DNA of 55,221 nucleotides, taken from positions 1-55,221 of the forward strand of contig CAZKDV010000004.1 in NCBI GenBank assembly GCA_964551645.1. Reading direction: 5' to 3'. This document shows, in pieces, positions 50,388 through 55,221 of the stretch. The number at the start of each line of letters is the position of its first letter. Within the stretch, counting starts at the first letter, position 1. The notes beneath the pieces were generated by a model. That model did not search any database and had not been told where the DNA came from. It saw nothing but the letters and a program-made list of their open reading frames with translations. The translations under genes were made by a program, and so were the position numbers. This DNA comes from an uncultured Bacteroidales bacterium. Lineage in GTDB: Bacteria > Bacteroidota > Bacteroidia > Bacteroidales > DTU049.

Positions 50388-51031
50388 AAATAAATTTAGC
50401 AGAAAAAATTTTAATTTTATCCCCTCATACTGATGATGCTGAGCTTGGAGCTGGCGGTTTTATTTCCCAATTATTAGAAGAAGAAAAAAATATTTTATGG
50501 GTAGTTTTTTCTTCAGCAAGAGAGTCAGTCCCCAAAAATATGCCAATAGATACTCTTTCAGTAGAGTTTAAAAATGTAATGAAATCAATTGGGTTAGAAA
50601 AAAATAATTATTTATTACTAGATTATGTAGTTCGTAGGTTAAATGAAAAACGACAAGATATTTTAGAAATGCTTGTTAAAATTAAAAAAGAATTTAATCC
50701 AGACTTGGTTATAGGTCCATCAATAAATGATTACCATCAAGACCATCAGGTTGTTGCTACCGAAATGATTAGGGCATTTAAAATGAGCGCCAGTATAATT
50801 TCTTATGAATTGCCATGGAACAATTTAAAATTTGAAAATCAAATGTTTGTCAAATTAGAAGAAAAGCATATTGACCATAAAATTAAAATGTTAAAAAACT
50901 ATAAATCTCAGATTTATCAAAACAAACCTTATTTTTCAGAAAACTTTATTAAAGGTCATGCATATTCAAGAGGTACACAAGTTTCAACAGAATATGCTGA
51001 AGCATTTGAGGTTGTCAGAATGATTATTTAA
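50384..51031 (+). CDS. PIG-L/LmbE-family N-acetylglucosaminyl deacetylase
   Basis: ILILSPHTDDAELGAGG and NDYHQDHQ zinc-site motifs. ATGA overlap with the acyltransferase gene. Confidence 0.85.
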   Translation: MKINLAEKILILSPHTDDAELGAGGFISQLLEEEKNILWVVFSSARESVPKNMPIDTLSVEFKNVMKSIGLEKNNYLLLDYVVRRLNEKRQDILEMLVKIKKEFNPDLVIGPSINDYHQDHQVVATEMIRAFKMSASIISYELPWNNLKFENQMFVKLEEKHIDHKIKMLKNYKSQIYQNKPYFSENFIKGHAYSRGTQVSTEYAEAFEVVRMII

Positions 51032-51074
51032 TTTTGCGAATACAAAAATAATCAAAATATTGAAACTATAATAG

Positions 51075-51540
51075 AGAGCACAACAGTACTTCTCCGTAAA
51101 CTCTGTGGTAAAATCTCAACAACTTATTAACCACAAAGCACACAAAGCAAGCACAAAGGGCACAATTCTATTTCTCTGTGAACTTAGTGCCTCCACTGTG
51201 AACTCTGTGGTAAAAAAAATGACACTTCATTAACCACAAAGCACACAAAGAATGCACAGAGGACACAACACTATTCCTCCGTGAACATTGTGCCTCCTCA
51301 GTGAACTCTGTGGTTAAAAAAACGACACTTCATTAACCACAAAGAACACAAAGCAAACACAAAGGGCACAATTCTATTTCCTTGTGAGCTTAGTGCCTAC
51401 ATTGTGAACTCTGTGGTTAAAAAAAGGAAATTCATTAACCACAAAGCACACAAAGCAAACACAAAAACACAGTTTTATCTTTCTGTGAATTTAGTTCTTC
51501 TACTATGGTGAAAAAATAATTATATTTGTAAAAAATCATT
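51075..51540. repeat. tandem array of about 103-bp palindromic CACAAAG-rich units (partial copy, three full copies, one degenerate copy)
   Basis: Units at 51127-51229, 51230-51332 and 51333-51434; a degenerate unit from 51435; a partial unit at about 51075-51126. Each starts TTAACCACAAAGCACACAAAG and ends GTGAACTCTGTGGTTAA(A)n. Confidence 0.9.
51521..51528 (+). promoter_or_regulatory. Bacteroidota-type -7 box TATATTTG
   Basis: 12 nt upstream of ATG 51541, inside the degenerate last repeat unit. Confidence 0.4.
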
Positions 51541-51924
51541 ATGACCGAAAACGAAATAGCCATAAAAGTAATCGAATGTGCAATAAAAGTTCACAAAGCA
51601 TTAGGTCATGGTTTGTTAGAAGAAGCATATAAAAAATGCCTTTACTATAAATTAGTCAAAGAAGGCTTGTATGTGGAGAAAGAAAAAGTCTTACCATTAA
51701 TTTTTGAAGACATCGAAATTGATAGAGCCTATAGAATTGATTTGCTTGTAGAAAACAAACTTGTTTTAGAATTAAAAAGTGTTGAAGCATTAAATGATGT
51801 ACATTTAGCCCAAATATTAACTTATTTAAAGTTAGGCGACTTCAAATTAGGATTGCTACTGAATTTTAATGTAACAATAATGAAAAATGGCATAAGAAGA
51901 GTAATAAATGGGACACTTAATTAA
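51541..51924 (+). CDS. GxxExxY-family protein (small, PD-(D/E)XK-like fold by recollection)
   Basis: 127 aa. KVHKALGHGLLEEAYKKCLYYKL contains the GxxExxY signature. YRIDLLVENKLVLELKSV resembles a D...ExK-type core. The stop codon lies inside the next repeat unit. Confidence 0.85.
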   Translation: MTENEIAIKVIECAIKVHKALGHGLLEEAYKKCLYYKLVKEGLYVEKEKVLPLIFEDIEIDRAYRIDLLVENKLVLELKSVEALNDVHLAQILTYLKLGDFKLGLLLNFNVTIMKNGIRRVINGTLN

Positions 51925-51992
51925 CCACAAAGCACACAATTGTATTTATTCGTGAACTTAGTGCCTCCACTGTGAACTCTGTGGTTAAAAAA
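51921..51992. repeat. terminal (shortened) copy of the same repeat unit
   Basis: TTAACCACAAAGCACACAA...CGTGAACTTAGTGCCTCCACTGTGAACTCTGTGGTTAAAAAA. The second half is identical to unit 1. Confidence 0.85.
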
Positions 51993-52006
51993 TTAATTTC
52001 TTAATA

Positions 52007-52189
52007 TATTTGTTCAATATTGCCAAATCACATTACAATACATCTAAATATGTTCCTTTTGGAGCTATTAGCAAAGCCATGCCTTATTTGATTAGGAGAG
52101 CGGAAGAAAAAAACTCATCTGTGCAAGAACAATCAAATAGAGAATTGTACAATATCAAAAAAGAATTAAAAAGAAGGAAAAACAAATAG
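52007..52189 (+). pseudogene. 3'-terminal remnant (about 60 codons) of a proline dehydrogenase gene
   Basis: The frame is open only from 51989; the in-frame TAA at 51986-51988 lies inside the repeat. Translation ...YLFNIAKSHYNTSKYVPFGAISKAMPYLIRRAEEKNSSVQEQSNRELYNIKKELKRRKNK* matches my recollection of the conserved Pro_dh C-terminus (KY-P-[FY]-G...MPYLIRRAEEN...RE). No start codon, promoter or upstream coding sequence is present. Confidence 0.65.
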
Positions 52190-52204
52190 ATTTTTTTCTG
52201 CCTT

Positions 52205-54865
52205 TTACCTAATGATAGTTAGCGAAGATTTGTGTATTTTGTCATAGTAGTAGAACAAATAATAGTATGTTCCTTCTGACAAATTATCTCCGTCCCAATC
52301 GTTTTGATAGTCGGTTTGTTCAAATACCTTGTTGCCCCAACGGTTGAACACAGCTATTTTGTTAGGTATTTTGTGTCCATTAACAATTTCAAGTTTATCG
52401 TTTATTCCGTCCCCATTTGGAGTGATAATATTTGGAAATGTCAATTGGTCGTCTATAATTTTCACCTCTTTAGTGATTGAATCTTCACACTTATAATCGT
52501 TTGACAAATAAAGAGTTACTGTGTAAGACGAATCAACACCTGGGTATGTATGAGCTACATTATTTTTAGATGTATTATCTTGTGTTCCATCGCCAAAATC
52601 CCAAAGCCAATATTGTGCATCAGAAGTAGATGTAAAACTTATATTTGGCTCAATAACAGTTCCATAGTCGGGAGAAAAAGTAAAATCGGCAATTGGTTGT
52701 GGATATGCTTGAATATAATCATTCATAGTCAATGATTTTTTACAACCCTTATCACTTGAAACAGAGAGTTTAACGCTATATTTACCTTCAGTATATGTGT
52801 TTGAAGGATTTTGCTGAGTTGAAGAATTTCCATCACCAAAATCCCAATTCCACTCAACAATATTGCTTCCGCTTGATGCATCATTAAATTGTACTGTAAT
52901 GGGCGAACAGCCAGAAATAGGATTTCCGGAAAAACTAATTATTGGAGACGGAAAAACCGAAAGCTGAACAGATGCAGAACCAAAACATTCATTTTCATCG
53001 CTAACTGTAACTGTATATGTACCGGACATATTAGAAGTTGTGTTAGTGATATTATTTGAAGAATTTGTGCTTGAAAATGAATTTGGTCCCGACCACACAT
53101 AAGAATCTTGTGTACTTGAAGGGCTTGCATTGGCACTAAAAGTAAGTGCTTCGCCTTCGCAAATATCGTTGTTTGAAGTAATAGTAACATCAAGTTTGTG
53201 TTCGTCAACAGTAACACATCCTGTGATTACTTCATTCTTTGCATCGGTAACTGTAACGCAATATGTTTCGGCACACAAACCAACAGCTGTTTTTGTAGTT
53301 TGAGCCATTCCGTCATTCCACTGATAAGTATATGGTTCTTGTCCTCCCGATACTGTAACTGTTGCTGTTCCAGTGCATGTAATAATAGGTTCTGGATTGC
53401 ATGTAGTGTTACAATAACCAATTGTTGGGTTGGCTGCACTTGTTCCCCAATCTCCACCATCAGGAACTCTTCTATAGCTTAAACCTTCAAATTGTCCCGC
53501 TTCGTAACTAGTTATATATTTTTTTCTATCATTAGGAATACTTGTATATGAAGCCAAAGGACCTGTATAATTACAAGCACCAATAACACCTGGATTACAC
53601 GGAGAACATGACATACATGAGTTTGATTGATTTCCCCAAGAAATAGCATCTTGAGGTACTCCATTCCTATCATAAAAAGCAAACCAACCACCTGCATTTG
53701 GGAACCATAATCTATAACCACCGCCTAAGCATATTCTTGAAGCATTATTTATCACAATTTCAACAGTTTTTCCACCATTTTGAACTAAATGTTGTGCAGG
53801 AACAGCAGGTGCATACATGCCTCTAATCAGACAAAAGCCTTGAGGAGGAATAATTGTACCTTCGGGAATCAAAAAGCCTCCGGGATAATCTATATTACCA
53901 TCTATGGCATTATTTCCAAGGAAATAACAAGAAATATCAATGGATTGACACTCATCAGGATTATACAACTCAATCCATTCTCCATGACAATCTCCGGAAG
54001 AAAAACCAGGTCCAAGTCCATAAATTGAACCATCATTATATGTTGGAGCAAGCATAACTTCATTTATCAATATTGAAGGTCCTTCATAATTGCAACCAAA
54101 ACCATTGCAAACGGTATTAATTTCCGCAGACATTGAAATTTCCATATCAGTTAATTTAATATATGAAAGTTTCACTTCATCAATGGCAAAACCGGGGTCA
54201 GTTCCTCCTCCATAAGTATAATCAAACATAAATCCAATCAATAGACTTGCTTTATTGTCAAAAGCAGGATTTTTAACAGATTCAAATGTCCATGCATCTG
54301 TGCCATTATATGTTTTGCCTATATCATTCCAAGTGTTTCCATTATCTGTACTATACCAAACAGAACCTCTTTCACCATTGCATAACCACCAAAAAGAAAG
54401 TGTTACATCACTAATGCCCGTTGTATTAATTGGAGTAGCCATTTTTGTGAAAATTGTACCTGCCTGACCACCAACAAAGCCGGCTGAAGTACCATCAATA
54501 TAATTGCAATTGGCAACTCCACTCTCCTCAGCATCTTTAGAAACAGTATGCAAATAGAAACTTTGTGGACTATTGGTTACTCCTGAAGGTTGATTTTTTG
54601 TATCAACAACAGTAACTGGCATAAATCCCAAAAATGTGTAGGTTCCACCTTGATAAACATTATTGACAATCCAAACATTTGCACTGGAAGCACCTAAACT
54701 ACCAACATCATTAGTGTTAAGTGTCCATTTTGATATGCCACTTTCAAAATTATCATAAAATAATTCAATTTCTTGAGCATTTGCACTTATAACCGTAAAA
54801 AAAGCTATACCTACAATTGATAACTTTGAGGACATATAATTAGAAAAATACTTTAATGTTTTCAT
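52205..54865 (-). CDS. T9SS type-B-CTD (gliding-motility-associated C-terminal domain) surface protein with lamin-tail and PKD domains
   Basis: The C-terminus FPNIITPNGDGINDKLEIVNG...AVFNRWGNKVFEQTDYQNDWDG...GTYYYLFYY is the type-B sorting domain. It has two PKD modules (WNWDFGDGNSS, WLWDFGDGTQD) and an LTD (ILINEVM...GEWIELYNP). Start ambiguous: ATG at 54901, 54865 or 54835. Confidence 0.85.
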   Translation of the reverse strand: MKTLKYFSNYMSSKLSIVGIAFFTVISANAQEIELFYDNFESGISKWTLNTNDVGSLGASSANVWIVNNVYQGGTYTFLGFMPVTVVDTKNQPSGVTNSPQSFYLHTVSKDAEESGVANCNYIDGTSAGFVGGQAGTIFTKMATPINTTGISDVTLSFWWLCNGERGSVWYSTDNGNTWNDIGKTYNGTDAWTFESVKNPAFDNKASLLIGFMFDYTYGGGTDPGFAIDEVKLSYIKLTDMEISMSAEINTVCNGFGCNYEGPSILINEVMLAPTYNDGSIYGLGPGFSSGDCHGEWIELYNPDECQSIDISCYFLGNNAIDGNIDYPGGFLIPEGTIIPPQGFCLIRGMYAPAVPAQHLVQNGGKTVEIVINNASRICLGGGYRLWFPNAGGWFAFYDRNGVPQDAISWGNQSNSCMSCSPCNPGVIGACNYTGPLASYTSIPNDRKKYITSYEAGQFEGLSYRRVPDGGDWGTSAANPTIGYCNTTCNPEPIITCTGTATVTVSGGQEPYTYQWNDGMAQTTKTAVGLCAETYCVTVTDAKNEVITGCVTVDEHKLDVTITSNNDICEGEALTFSANASPSSTQDSYVWSGPNSFSSTNSSNNITNTTSNMSGTYTVTVSDENECFGSASVQLSVFPSPIISFSGNPISGCSPITVQFNDASSGSNIVEWNWDFGDGNSSTQQNPSNTYTEGKYSVKLSVSSDKGCKKSLTMNDYIQAYPQPIADFTFSPDYGTVIEPNISFTSTSDAQYWLWDFGDGTQDNTSKNNVAHTYPGVDSSYTVTLYLSNDYKCEDSITKEVKIIDDQLTFPNIITPNGDGINDKLEIVNGHKIPNKIAVFNRWGNKVFEQTDYQNDWDGDNLSEGTYYYLFYYYDKIHKSSLTIIR

Positions 54866-55023
54866 TTTAAAAAATACTTTTAAATAAATAACTATTTGCA
54901 ATATTAGAAAAAAAAAGTGAAATTGTACATAAGTTTTTCTTTAAAGCTATTAAAAATCTAAATTACACATCTATTTAATAATAAACATTATACGATACAA
55001 AAATACTTTTGATATAATCTTCG

Positions 55024-55031
55024 TAATTTTG
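55024..55031 (+). promoter_or_regulatory. Bacteroidota-type -7 box TAATTTTG
   Basis: 42 nt upstream of ATG 55074. Confidence 0.45.
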
Positions 55032-55073
55032 CACTTTAATATGTAATTAATTAACAACTAAAAATAATATACT

Positions 55074-55221
55074 ATGGAAAGCGATATTTTAATTGCGCGA
55101 GAGGCTAAAATTAAGCCAATCGTAGAGATTGCAGAGCAGTTAGGCTTAAAAGCAGATGATTTAGAACTCCTGACTTCGACACTGGGTCACCCAAAATTAA
55201 AATCAAACAATTTTGCTAACT
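55074..55221 (+). CDS. fhs: formate--tetrahydrofolate ligase, first about 49 codons (runs off the window)
   Basis: MESDILIAREAKIKPIVEIAEQLGLKADDLEL matches the conserved Fhs N-terminus. The last 17 codons do not (see findings). Confidence 0.6.
   Translation, partial: MESDILIAREAKIKPIVEIAEQLGLKADDLELLTSTLGHPKLKSNNFAN

Noticed and set aside
51075-51992. Possible CRISPR array (regularly spaced repeated sequence in a non-coding stretch)
   Set aside because: The copies are similar over their whole 102-103 bp length, so there are no unique spacers. The period is far longer than a CRISPR repeat+spacer with a 25-40 nt repeat. No cas genes are in the window.

Overview
AT-rich chromosomal segment that reads as Bacteroidota. 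Evidence: TAnnTTTG -7 promoter boxes 15-40 nt upstream of most first genes, no Shine-Dalgarno usage, three proteins ending in T9SS C-terminal sorting domains, a CarboxypepD_reg/TonB-dependent-type receptor, and many lipoprotein signal peptides. All family calls come from motif recognition by eye on the supplied translations; no search was run. Housekeeping content: truncated glutaryl-CoA-type acyl-CoA dehydrogenase, a 2-oxoacid:ferredoxin oxidoreductase pair, a membrane Fe-S/CCG oxidoreductase pair, ruvB, an e(P4)-type acid phosphatase, an OadA/5S-type carboxyltransferase, an era-der-S4 operon, initiator-type tRNA-Met, M64 peptidase, NfeD, YitT, S41 protease, pheT, a LOG/TIGR00725-like protein, lpxK, purine nucleoside phosphorylase, gyrB, and the first codons of fhs. 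Accessory content: (1) a tight three-gene operon at 5720-14537 encoding an oversized TonB-dependent-type barrel, a 1351-aa T9SS cargo of unknown function and a private PorV/PorQ-family barrel. (2) A 2762-aa T9SS surface protein. (3) A seven-gene glycan/aminosugar-remodelling island at 44826-51031. (4) Directly after that island, a tandem array of about 103-bp palindromic CACAAAG-rich units, with a GxxExxY-family gene sitting exactly in one unit junction. This array abuts the orphan 3' end of a proline dehydrogenase gene, which looks like a rearrangement scar. (5) A type-B-CTD surface protein with lamin-tail and PKD domains. I rate the T9SS/TonB/PorV operon and the repeat-embedded GxxExxY cassette as most worth follow-up. 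I saw no transposase, integrase, CRISPR array, restriction-modification or recognisable defence genes, and no rRNA.
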